A stretch of DNA of 64,000 bases from contig JBHLNF010000003.1 in the NCBI GenBank assembly GCA_048937405.1, forward strand, positions 264,807-328,806, written 5' to 3'. The stretch is from Promethearchaeota archaeon. GTDB lineage: Archaea > Asgardarchaeota > Lokiarchaeia > Sigyniarchaeales > SOKP01. Numbering within the stretch: the stretch's first letter is position 1; the number at the start of each line of letters is the position of its first letter. Positions 28,469 through 37,982 of this stretch are shown in pieces. A model generated the notes under the pieces. The model ran no database searches, had not been told where the DNA came from, and saw only the letters and a program-made list of their open reading frames with translations. Both the position numbers and the translations under genes were made by a program.

Positions 28469-29743
28469 ATGAGGGAAAATTTGAAAATTTATAAACCCTT
28501 TGAAGAAAAGGTTAAAAACCAGAAAAATCAACAGTTTCGTGTAATAATCTCATTTGATAATTTGTCAGATCGAGAAGATTTTTTAAAAAATAATGAAGAT
28601 CTGAAAATTTTAGGTAAATTTGATTTAATTCCATCTATTTATGTAAATTTAGTAAAAGAAAAAATAATCAACTATAGTAAAAGTAAATTAATCAAGAAGA
28701 TCGAAGAAGATCAAAAACTCTATCAATCAATATTAGATGTACTTGAAATCTTAGAAATAAATAACTATAAAAATTCCCAAATCTCATATACTGGAAAAAA
28801 TGTAAATGTAGGGATTATTGATGATGGAATTGATGTAAATTTTTCTTCAATAACTAAGAATATATTAAAATATCCTTTTTTCAACAGAAAAGCAAAAAAC
28901 TATGATTTAAAGGATGCAAAAGATAAAATCAGCCATGGAACTTTAATGGCTAGTATAATTTGTAACCAATTTAAAAACGCAGATAATAATTACATTGGAA
29001 TTGCTCCAGATGCTAATATTATTGATTTTGATATATTCAATGTTAACCGAGAATACTACTTCTCAAATATTTTAAAGGTTTTCGATAAAATTATAAGTGA
29101 AAATATAAATGTTGATATATTATTAATTTCTCTAAATTCAAAAGATAGTTCTGATGGTAAAGATATTTTGTCTTTAGCATGTGATCTATTAGTTGAACAT
29201 GGAATTGTAGTTGTATGTTCATCTGGTAATTTTGGACCAGATCCATATACGATAGGGAGCCCTGGAGCCGCAGAAAAAATTATTGCAGTTGGAGCTCTCA
29301 CAAAAAACCTAATTATTACTAATTTTAGCGGAAGGGGTCCTACTTTAGATAATAGAATAAAACCAGATATATGTTTACATGGATCTAATGTGATAGTACC
29401 AATATCTCAAAATTTAAGAGTAAAATTATCTGGTACTAGTGTTTCTGCTTCAATTTGTGCTGGATTCATCGCTTTAATGAAAGAATATAATCCAAAAATG
29501 GGATATAATGATATCATTCAATTAATTAAAAAATCAAGCAGAGATTTGAACTATGATTCTAATGCTCAGGGATTAGGGATTTTAAGAATTATTGATGTAT
29601 TTAAAGAATTGGATTTGTATCATGAAAAACTCTTCCCCTATAATTATTTAGTTAAAAGATCTTTAATTTTTTCAATTGAATTTTTTATTATATTTGTTTT
29701 TATCTTCTATTTTGTCTATTTTTTTAATAGTTGGAATATCTAA
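28469..29743 (+). CDS. Subtilisin-like S8 serine peptidase with C-terminal TM anchor
   Basis: Catalytic triad motifs GIIDDG, SHGTLMA and SGTSVS; oxyanion SSGN; SGRGPT...KPDI; hydrophobic C-terminus. Confidence 0.9.
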   Translation: MRENLKIYKPFEEKVKNQKNQQFRVIISFDNLSDREDFLKNNEDLKILGKFDLIPSIYVNLVKEKIINYSKSKLIKKIEEDQKLYQSILDVLEILEINNYKNSQISYTGKNVNVGIIDDGIDVNFSSITKNILKYPFFNRKAKNYDLKDAKDKISHGTLMASIICNQFKNADNNYIGIAPDANIIDFDIFNVNREYYFSNILKVFDKIISENINVDILLISLNSKDSSDGKDILSLACDLLVEHGIVVVCSSGNFGPDPYTIGSPGAAEKIIAVGALTKNLIITNFSGRGPTLDNRIKPDICLHGSNVIVPISQNLRVKLSGTSVSASICAGFIALMKEYNPKMGYNDIIQLIKKSSRDLNYDSNAQGLGILRIIDVFKELDLYHEKLFPYNYLVKRSLIFSIEFFIIFVFIFYFVYFFNSWNI

Positions 29744-30297
29744 TTAAAAATCATGAGGTAAATAAAATATATCCTATATTTCATGTAGCTCTACCTTTAA
29801 TATTTACTGAAATCCCACGTTTAAAGAAATTAAAAATAAATAGATATTCTCTAATAATCGGTGCACTTCTTCCAGATATCATAGATAAACCATTGTTCCT
29901 TTTAGGATTTGGAAATGGTAGATTTCTTTCTCATACCTTATTATTTGCAATTATTAGTTTCCTAATTGTTCATTTTTCCTCAAAAAAAAATGTAAGCATT
30001 TCATTTCCATTTTTTATCGGTATTGTATTTCATTTTTTGTTAGACATTCCACATGTGCCTTTTTTTTATCCATTTATAAAATATGATTTTGGAGTTGTTG
30101 ATGAACCATTCTTATTTTGGATTAAACAACTATGGACAGAGCCACTAGTAATAATTACCGAAGGGACAGGTGTGTTATTTATTATCTATATTTTAATAAA
30201 GAATAAATTGTATCAAATAGACAAATTATCTGAGTATTTAAGAGGAATAAATCAAACGTTTATACAAAATTCTAAAGAAGTCGAAATTAGTGTTTAA
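29731..30297 (+). CDS. Membrane-bound metal-dependent hydrolase (YdjM-like)
   Basis: FH, GALLPDIIDK, RFLSHTL and FHFLLD motifs. The start may be ATA at 29767. Confidence 0.85.
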   Translation: MEYLIKNHEVNKIYPIFHVALPLIFTEIPRLKKLKINRYSLIIGALLPDIIDKPLFLLGFGNGRFLSHTLLFAIISFLIVHFSSKKNVSISFPFFIGIVFHFLLDIPHVPFFYPFIKYDFGVVDEPFLFWIKQLWTEPLVIITEGTGVLFIIYILIKNKLYQIDKLSEYLRGINQTFIQNSKEVEISV

Positions 30298-30418
30298 TAG
30301 TATAGAAAATTATATTTTTTAAAATAGTTTTAATATGGTAATAAACCAAATACTAATTATTTAATAATTGGTTAATTAATTCTAAAATTACCTTAAAAAC
30401 CAATTTTAATTATATTTA

Positions 30419-31933
30419 ATGGTATTTTCCTTGAAAAAATACGATGTACTTTTAATTCATCCACCTAGAGTGTTAAATCCAGATTATCGTAAAAATGCTA
30501 AATTTATTCGAGGTACATTTATTTTTATACCTATGGGTGTTTTTGCTATTGCAGATTTACTTGAGAAAGAAGGTTTTGGAGTTAAGATAATAAATTATCC
30601 GTTAGAGCAATATCTAAATCGTAATTGGAAATTAATCAACTTTCTCAAAAATATTGATTTTGAAGTGTGTGGATTGGATTTACATTGGCTTCATAATGCT
30701 TACGGTGCAATGGAAATTGCTAAAATTGTGAAAAAAGCAAACCCAAATGCTAAAGTAGTACTTGGAGGATATAGTGCATCATATTACCATCATCAAATAT
30801 TGAAATATTATAAAGATATAGATGGTATAATCAGAGGAGAAGGAGAAGTTCCACTACTTAAATATGTTCAAAGTATTAAAAAAAATCAATCTTTAGATAA
30901 TGTCCCTAATTTATCTTATCGAGATTCTTTTAAACCCGTAAAAATTAATTCCCTTACATATATAGCAAAAACATTAGATAATCTAAATTTTACTAATTTT
31001 TCACTTCTGGAAAATGCAAAGCAATATTTTGAATGCAGTAGGCAAATGATGGGAATCTCTTTTAATCTTTCTATTGGAAGAGGTTGCCCTTTTAATTGTC
31101 CATTTTGTGGAGGAGGTCAAAGGGCACAAAAAAGGTTATCAGGTCGAGAAAATGTCATCCTTAGAAAACCAGAAAAAGTAGTAGAAGATATTAGTAGTGT
31201 TCTCAATAATTTTAATATACCAAGTATTTTTTTTGGACACGGTGCTTATCCAGCTACCTTAAAATATTGGAAAAGATTATTTGGATTAATTCAGAAAGAA
31301 GATTTTGACATTGGGGGAGATTTAGAGATTTGGCGTTTACCATTTCCTAAATATATGTGGGATATATTCTATAAAACATTTCCTCGTAGATATTCATCAC
31401 TTAGTATCTCTCCCAGAACAATGTCAAGTAGAGTACATCAAAAAATAAGGAAAATTTGTGATCCTACCTTTAGTTTTCCTAAAAAGCAAATAAATGATTT
31501 AATAAAGAATGCAAATATATACAAAAGAACTTTAAGAATTTGGCTAACTGTCGGATTTCCTTTCCAATCTCACCTGGATATTCAAAAAGATTTTATTTTT
31601 GCCTTAAAGTGTCAAATAAAATATGGTAAATCAATTTCAAAGCCCATTACTATTATGAATGAACCATATCATATTTTTCCGGGATCCCCTGCTCATGAAG
31701 CTCCTGAGAAATTTGGTTTAAAATTAATTTTAAATTCATTTCCACAAATTTCTGCATTTTTTAAAAGAACTAAAATAACATTTTTCTATAATGCAATAAA
31801 TTATGAAACTAATAGATTTTCTAAAACATCTATTCGTAATATAAATATGTTATTATTTTTAAGTAATTTACTCACTTCTTTTACTACAGGAGCTAAACTA
31901 TCTGATAGAAAAGAACAAGATTCCAATATTTAA
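30419..31933 (+). CDS. Cobalamin-binding radical SAM protein
   Basis: VLLIHPP...PMG, VVLGGYSAS, RGEGE, GRGCPFNCPFC. Confidence 0.9.
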   Translation: MVFSLKKYDVLLIHPPRVLNPDYRKNAKFIRGTFIFIPMGVFAIADLLEKEGFGVKIINYPLEQYLNRNWKLINFLKNIDFEVCGLDLHWLHNAYGAMEIAKIVKKANPNAKVVLGGYSASYYHHQILKYYKDIDGIIRGEGEVPLLKYVQSIKKNQSLDNVPNLSYRDSFKPVKINSLTYIAKTLDNLNFTNFSLLENAKQYFECSRQMMGISFNLSIGRGCPFNCPFCGGGQRAQKRLSGRENVILRKPEKVVEDISSVLNNFNIPSIFFGHGAYPATLKYWKRLFGLIQKEDFDIGGDLEIWRLPFPKYMWDIFYKTFPRRYSSLSISPRTMSSRVHQKIRKICDPTFSFPKKQINDLIKNANIYKRTLRIWLTVGFPFQSHLDIQKDFIFALKCQIKYGKSISKPITIMNEPYHIFPGSPAHEAPEKFGLKLILNSFPQISAFFKRTKITFFYNAINYETNRFSKTSIRNINMLLFLSNLLTSFTTGAKLSDRKEQDSNI

Positions 31934-32073
31934 TCTATAAATATCAGTTTAATTAGTTTTTAAACTATTTCGAAATTTTTAAATGCAAATGATTTTTATT
32001 ATTAAAAATATTACATATGAAACCTATCTAGAGAAATTATATATTCTACTTAAAATAATAATTATAATTAAAT

Positions 32074-32775
32074 ATGCCCTTTACACAAAAACTAAGCATT
32101 ACGAGAATTATATTAATTTTAATCTTTTTTTTCGCTAGTATCCCTATTACACTAATTTGTGCGCTATTAGGAGATGCTACCATTTTAATTTCTATTACAA
32201 AAGGTTATTTTACATCAGGAAATTCAATTTTCCTTCCTTATTTGTCTATTACTAATATTTTTTGGTTTTTACCTGATAAATTTCAATTTATACAGATCAG
32301 TTCTGGTTTTTTGATTGATAGTATAATTATCATAAATATATGTCCTATGGTTGAAAGAATTGCTTATCAATATTATATAAAGGTTTGTTCAGAGGAAGTT
32401 TTTCAAGAACCTTTTGATTTTGATCCTAAAAATCAAATCCATAATTTACATCAAGGTTCAGTCATACTTTTTGGATTAGGAGACGAGCCAATACTTCCCT
32501 CTAATGTATTAATTTTATCTATTAAATTTAAAAAAAATGAAAGTCTAATAAATAAATGCAATAATTATTATTTTTTAAAAGAAAAAGGCAATAAATTTGA
32601 TGAGATTACTAGTATAAGACTATTTCACTTATCGTTTATATTGCACTATTCACATTTTCTACAATTTTTTAATATATATGATATTGAAAAATTAGATAGT
32701 ATTTCTATCAATCAATATCTTTATCCTCAAACTATTATTTCATATTCAACTAAACCTTTTCAACGGGAGGGATAA
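32074..32775 (+). CDS. Hypothetical protein with hydrophobic N-terminus
   Basis: 233-aa ORF, too long to be likely by chance at this AT content; no motif recognised. Confidence 0.5.
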   Translation: MPFTQKLSITRIILILIFFFASIPITLICALLGDATILISITKGYFTSGNSIFLPYLSITNIFWFLPDKFQFIQISSGFLIDSIIIINICPMVERIAYQYYIKVCSEEVFQEPFDFDPKNQIHNLHQGSVILFGLGDEPILPSNVLILSIKFKKNESLINKCNNYYFLKEKGNKFDEITSIRLFHLSFILHYSHFLQFFNIYDIEKLDSISINQYLYPQTIISYSTKPFQREG

Positions 32776-32865
32776 AGATGATAACTTTCTTCTATAACTT
32801 AATGAAAAATAATAATTTAAAGTTTAAATTTAAACATCCAAAAAATATTTTGAAATTTATATGAG

Positions 32866-34272
32866 GTGAATTTAATGGAATGGAAAAATGAAATTGAAGA
32901 TTTGTACAAACAAATAACGAATTTAACTCCTGAAGCGTTTCGCCCATCTGTTAAACCTATGTTACGTGAGGCTGCTGAAAAAACAGCGCAACTTAGGAAT
33001 TCTGGATTTGTAAGTAGGGACGATTTGCTATCTGCATTATTTGAGATAACACCAGAAGCATTTCAACCTACAGTTGTCAAAGATTTGAAGACAATAGGAA
33101 TTGATACGGATAGATATATAAAATTATCAGAAATTAGAAAACAATACGCTCGCTCATGGGATGAAATTAGTGGAGCTTTCTTACCTGGTGTCTATCATTT
33201 TACTATATATCTAACGGATCGATGCAATCAAAATTGTCTCCATTGTGCTGCCGCGGTAATGGAGAAACGTCCAGAATTTCCCACTGAAACTTGGATTGAA
33301 ATTATTGAGGATCTTGAACAAAGTTTACGAAAACGCGGTCGACGAGGATGTTATATATGGTTTGGAGGAGAACCTACTATTCGTAAAGATCTTAAAGATT
33401 TAATAAAATATTGTGGTGAAAAGGGCTATTATCAAGCACTTGCAACTAACGGAATTTTGTTTACCGAAGCACTGGCTAAATTATGCGCAGATGTTAAGAT
33501 GAGCCATATTTTTATTAGTTATGATAGTACGGATCCCAAACGCGCTGCAAAAATTAGAGGGCATCCAAAAGCATACGAAGCAGCGGAAAAAGCGTTAGAT
33601 TTAGCTGCAAAATATGGGATTTTTACCATTGCTAATGTAACTGCTCAAAAAGAGAATTTCGATGAATTAGATATGTTAAGGGAATATTTTAAATCTAGAG
33701 GTGTAACGCCCTTTTATAGACCCCTGATCAAACAACGTTCGGCGGATTTAAATTGGGACGAAATCGGCTTAAGTATTGACGAATATCGACAATTCTATGA
33801 TTTTAAATATAAAAATACAATAGAGGCTATCAGAAAAGGAGAAGGATCATCGCTCAATAAATTCTATACATGGGATATGGTGCCATTCATGGAGTGTCCT
33901 ATAAATGATGAGGAAAGGACTGCGATCGAATGGGGCACAGGATGTCAAGCCTGTCGCTCAATTTCCGGGATTGATACTAATGGAGATATATTCCCTTGTG
34001 ATTATCCCTCTGATTTAATCTTAGGCAATATTCTTGAGCAGAGTTGGGATAACATTATGGAAACTGAAATGTTCAAAAAAATTAGAGATCGAAAAATAAA
34101 AGGGAAGTGTTCAAATTGTCACCACCTTGATATGTGTGGTGGAGGTTGCCGGGTGCATGCAGAGAATGTAACGGGTGATTTTTTAGCTGCACTTCCTTTC
34201 TGTTGGCATGAAAATGATCATGAACATGAAGTTAATTTTGCAGATAAAGAAGAAGTAGAATTGCTAGAATGA
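32866..34272 (+). CDS. Radical SAM/SPASM protein with N-terminal DUF2621/PCP_red-like helical domain
   Basis: CNQNCLHC, FGGEP, ATNG; SPASM cysteines GCQAC...GDIFPC...KCSNC...CGGGC...FC. Probable start is ATG at 32875, after GAGGTGA. Confidence 0.92.
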   Translation: MNLMEWKNEIEDLYKQITNLTPEAFRPSVKPMLREAAEKTAQLRNSGFVSRDDLLSALFEITPEAFQPTVVKDLKTIGIDTDRYIKLSEIRKQYARSWDEISGAFLPGVYHFTIYLTDRCNQNCLHCAAAVMEKRPEFPTETWIEIIEDLEQSLRKRGRRGCYIWFGGEPTIRKDLKDLIKYCGEKGYYQALATNGILFTEALAKLCADVKMSHIFISYDSTDPKRAAKIRGHPKAYEAAEKALDLAAKYGIFTIANVTAQKENFDELDMLREYFKSRGVTPFYRPLIKQRSADLNWDEIGLSIDEYRQFYDFKYKNTIEAIRKGEGSSLNKFYTWDMVPFMECPINDEERTAIEWGTGCQACRSISGIDTNGDIFPCDYPSDLILGNILEQSWDNIMETEMFKKIRDRKIKGKCSNCHHLDMCGGGCRVHAENVTGDFLAALPFCWHENDHEHEVNFADKEEVELLE

Positions 34273-34349
34273 TTATTTAGAATTTAATATTCTTTAATAA
34301 AGTAATTTGAAAGAGATAAAAAACAAAAATAAAGGAGGTGATAATTTAA

Positions 34350-34739
34350 TTGAACACAAAAGAAGAATGGGAAGCATATCTCGAGCATTTCATGAAAGCC
34401 TACAATGAGATTCCAGATCTAGCGAAATTGTTAGACCCAATTGCACCATTAATCTTTCAATATGAAATAACTGATAAACCTGAGATGAGTTATTGGCAGT
34501 TTATTGATCATGATAAGATGGATTGGGGAATAGGTATTTATTCCGGTCCTGAAGCCCCAAAAATCATCCATAAAACAGATTTCAACACAATTAAGAAGGT
34601 AAATTCTGGAGAATCTGATCCAATTCAAGCGACTATGGCGGGTACTTATATTGTGGAAGGTGACGTGAGTAAGTTGATGGCATGTGCATCATTATTGCCA
34701 CTTAATGCAAAAGCTCATGAAAAAGCAAATCAACAATAA
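34350..34739 (+). CDS. SCP2 sterol/lipid-binding domain protein
   Basis: TDFNTIKKVNSGESDPIQATMAGTYIVEGDVSKLM matches the SCP2 C-terminal motif (G..dp..a.m.Gkl.v.Gd...lm). Strong GGAGGTG SD before a TTG start. Confidence 0.85.
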   Translation: MNTKEEWEAYLEHFMKAYNEIPDLAKLLDPIAPLIFQYEITDKPEMSYWQFIDHDKMDWGIGIYSGPEAPKIIHKTDFNTIKKVNSGESDPIQATMAGTYIVEGDVSKLMACASLLPLNAKAHEKANQQ

Positions 34740-34862
34740 AGAAAAGAGTATATATTAAAATCTAATAAGAAATTTTTAATTTCATTTTAAAAATCTATAA
34801 ACCAAGAAAAAATAGTCAATAGGAAAAAAGAGAAAAATAATTAATAAACTAAATATCTTAAG

Positions 34863-36275
34863 GTGAGAATGATTCAATTTTATGTTGCGACAAATTGGGA
34901 TCCTAATCTAATCGATGAATTAGCTAACTATCCTGTAGTTGATTTATATGGAGTTGCAGATCATACAATTGTTGGAGGAGGTCGACCCTCGTTTTTGTTA
35001 CGAAATATATCTGATGAAGATATAGCAGAATACATAAAAAAAGTACATGATAATAAATTGAAATTTTCATATCTATTAAATGCCCCATGTATGAATAATA
35101 TGGAGTATGATCCACGCTATCATAAAGAGTTGCTTAATTATCTTCAATGGATTACTGATATTGGAGTTGATGGCGTTATAGTAACTATTCCTTTTTTAAT
35201 ACAACTTATAAAAGAACAATTTCCTAAGTTAAAAATACGAGTCTCCACTATTTCGCATGTTAATAGTGTGAATAGAGCGAAATTTTATGAAATGTTAGGA
35301 GCTGATGAAATCACTCCAGACGTCATGATTAATCGAGATTTTAGGACTTTAAAAAATATTAAGAAAGCAGTTAAATGTAAAATTGTCCTTCTATTAACTG
35401 ATGGTTGTTTATATCAATGTCCTTTCAGATATTATCATTATAATATCTTAGGCCATTCTTCTCAAACATATCAACAATTCGACAGAAATTACATCGATAC
35501 TTGTATATTAAATTGTAGTGTTATTAAATTTTCAAATCCTGCGGAGATTCTCAAATGTAGGTGGGTTCGTCCAGAAGATTTATCCCATTATGAAGAAATT
35601 GGAATCACAGATTTTAAAATAGCTGGACGTCGGATGTCAACCGATTGGATTATTAGATCTGTGAAAGCTTTTTCTTCAAGAAAATATGAAGGAAACCTCA
35701 TTGACATTATTCAAGGATTTACTATGTCAATTGGAGTAGATAAAGATCCAAATATTAAATTCACAAAAACAGTCACTGAAGAGATTAAATCCAAATTAAT
35801 AATTGATAATACGAAACTTGATGGATTTATAAATTTTTTTAAAAAGCAAGATTGTATCTCAATGTGCAATGAGTGTAATTACTGTGATGAATGGGCAAAG
35901 AAAGCGGTTATATTAAATAGAGAGGAATCTACGAGATATGTTGAGTCTATAAAAGATTATCTTGAGGACATATTAACTAGCCGTGAGTTTGGAATCGAAA
36001 CGGCTAAACCAAAAGAGATAAAGAACGATGGTTTATTATGGGATAGTGAAACTAAGATTATTTTTGATGAATTAATAAAATTATCACCACAGCAGTTTCA
36101 TCAAATTGCTAAGATGGTAATTTCTTCTCTAGCAGAAGAAAAAGCCAAAAAAAGGTTTTCAGAAGTTGTAGAAAACAAAGATATTGTTGAAGCATTTATA
36201 GAAGGAACACCTGAACCATTTCAAGCAGATATGAGAGAAGGTCTCAAAAAGCATGGACTTTTGGAAGGAAAATAA
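34863..36275 (+). CDS. U32 'peptidase' family Fe-S protein with C-terminal DUF2621/PCP_red-like domain
   Basis: GGGR, YLLNAPC, GVDGVIV, VSTISHVN, GCLYQC, CILNC, WVRPEDL, FKIAGR, plus an extra CxxxCxxCxxC motif. Confidence 0.88.
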   Translation: MRMIQFYVATNWDPNLIDELANYPVVDLYGVADHTIVGGGRPSFLLRNISDEDIAEYIKKVHDNKLKFSYLLNAPCMNNMEYDPRYHKELLNYLQWITDIGVDGVIVTIPFLIQLIKEQFPKLKIRVSTISHVNSVNRAKFYEMLGADEITPDVMINRDFRTLKNIKKAVKCKIVLLLTDGCLYQCPFRYYHYNILGHSSQTYQQFDRNYIDTCILNCSVIKFSNPAEILKCRWVRPEDLSHYEEIGITDFKIAGRRMSTDWIIRSVKAFSSRKYEGNLIDIIQGFTMSIGVDKDPNIKFTKTVTEEIKSKLIIDNTKLDGFINFFKKQDCISMCNECNYCDEWAKKAVILNREESTRYVESIKDYLEDILTSREFGIETAKPKEIKNDGLLWDSETKIIFDELIKLSPQQFHQIAKMVISSLAEEKAKKRFSEVVENKDIVEAFIEGTPEPFQADMREGLKKHGLLEGK

Positions 36276-36344
36276 ATTTTTTAGAGAAATATAAAAATGA
36301 AGAAGACTATCTCTCAGGTTGTAATCTGACTTGAAATAAATCTT

Positions 36345-37781
36345 CTATTTTTTTTTATTTGATTTTTTAGATCTTTGTTTCAGGGAGTGTTCTATCTTCT
36401 GAAAGATTGCTTTAACCATAATTATATTCACTACTCTTGGAATATGAAATCTTAAACCTCGATTTAGAACGACAGTTTTAATTCTAGGCCAAAGTTTTTT
36501 AGAATTTGAAACTTCAAAAAAAGCTCTATTCAAGAAATCTTTCAAATCTTTTATTGATAAATAGGGATATTTAATAATTGGCACTGACCAGTTAAATTCA
36601 CGCCAATCATTGCTTAATAAAAGATTGTCCTCTAAAACTTTTTCCATCAATTTTGTTCCCGGAAATGGAGTTAATACTGAAAAGGTTGTTAAATCGATTT
36701 CTAATTTCTTAGCAATTTCGATTGTAGATTCTAAATCATCTTTTTTATCCTCAAAATTGGATCCAAGAATAATGTTTCCTTGAATAAAATAGCCATAATC
36801 ATGAAGAATTTTTAAAGCTAATTTGATTTGTTTGAATTTAGTTTGTTTGTTAAGAAAATCCAATGTTCGATCAGAAAAACTCTCGATTCCTAAAAATAGG
36901 AAAATAAAACCAGCATCAGCCATCTTTTTAATAATTTTCGGGTGCTTTACAATCATATCAACTCGAATTTGAGTTGAAAAATATTTTCTAATACCTTCCT
37001 GAATAATGGCATTACACAGTTCTTCTACAAATTTATGATCTACCAAAAAATTATCATCAATGATAAAAATAAATGGACTCTGATTTTTAACCTCATTTGA
37101 ATTTAATTCTTTTATAATACTTGGTATTGAACGAGTCCGGTATCTCTTTCGATAAAATTCGTGAATACAACAAAAATTACATGAATATGGACAACCTCGA
37201 CTAGTTTCAATGCAATCAATAGGAAAACCATAAAAAGTGTATTCCACTTTTGCTTCTTTTGAACGATAGTGTCGAGAAGGTAATTTAATATGTTTTAAAT
37301 CTAATAATTCTCGGTCAGGGTTATGAATTATTTTTCCATTTTTTTTATATGATAATCCTGGGATACCAATGGGAGAATTATTTTGGATAAGCTCCCGAAA
37401 AGTTATTTCTCCCTCACATCTTATCAGGATATCAATAGATTGAAATTCAAGAGTTTCTTTAGGAACAAGCGTAGGGTGCCAACCACCTATAACTGTCTTT
37501 GATCCATAAGTTTTAGCAATATTAGCAATTTTAACTACATGATAGATTTGTGGAGTATAATTGCAACTAATCCCTACATAATCAGGTTTAAATTGATAAA
37601 TTGTATTTTCAATGCTTTTTAAATCTATAGTTTTTAGCCTATTATCAATTATAAGGACATCAGCAATTTCTTCAATATTTGCAGCAATATATTCTAAACC
37701 CAATGGTGGAAGAATTACATTTTTTTGGGTACCATGCTTAAAAACGTCAGGATAATCTGGATTTATAAGTAGTACTCTCAG
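36345..37781 (-). CDS. Cobalamin-binding radical SAM protein (BchE/HpnR/GrsAB-like class)
   Basis: PPLGLEYIAA, IGGWHPT, CEGE, TSRGCPYSCNFC, IDDNF, LGIES, LTPFPGT. The frame extends to CTG at 37781, giving the canonical MRVLLINP start. Confidence 0.9.
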   Translation of the reverse strand: MRVLLINPDYPDVFKHGTQKNVILPPLGLEYIAANIEEIADVLIIDNRLKTIDLKSIENTIYQFKPDYVGISCNYTPQIYHVVKIANIAKTYGSKTVIGGWHPTLVPKETLEFQSIDILIRCEGEITFRELIQNNSPIGIPGLSYKKNGKIIHNPDRELLDLKHIKLPSRHYRSKEAKVEYTFYGFPIDCIETSRGCPYSCNFCCIHEFYRKRYRTRSIPSIIKELNSNEVKNQSPFIFIIDDNFLVDHKFVEELCNAIIQEGIRKYFSTQIRVDMIVKHPKIIKKMADAGFIFLFLGIESFSDRTLDFLNKQTKFKQIKLALKILHDYGYFIQGNIILGSNFEDKKDDLESTIEIAKKLEIDLTTFSVLTPFPGTKLMEKVLEDNLLLSNDWREFNWSVPIIKYPYLSIKDLKDFLNRAFFEVSNSKKLWPRIKTVVLNRGLRFHIPRVVNIIMVKAIFQKIEHSLKQRSKKSNKKK

Positions 37782-37982
37782 AGTATATCATCTAAATTGA
37801 TATAACTTATTTTCTAATAAATTAGGCTGAAATTTATTTTTCCTATAATATGCAATTTCCTATATATTAGTAATTAAAAAATCTAACTCTATTTATTTTT
37901 ATTTATAATTTTGAAAATTATTAGTTTAATAATTAGAAAATGCAATATTTAATACTGAACGTACAAATTTTTAAATAGTAAG

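Noticed and set aside
14361-29743. S8 plus M50 proteases as an S1P/S2P (SREBP-like) cascade
   Set aside because: The genes are 13 kb apart, both families are widespread, and no membrane-bound transcription factor substrate is evident.
32074-34862. RiPP interpretation of the SPASM enzyme
   Set aside because: No precursor peptide, RRE/PqqD domain or dedicated exporter is adjacent. The small neighbouring gene is SCP2, and U32 is unlikely to be a true protease.
27655-36275. ADH synthase as a dedicated prephenate supply for the U32 enzyme
   Set aside because: It is 6 kb away with unrelated genes between, and no other shikimate or chorismate genes are nearby. This is probably coincidence.
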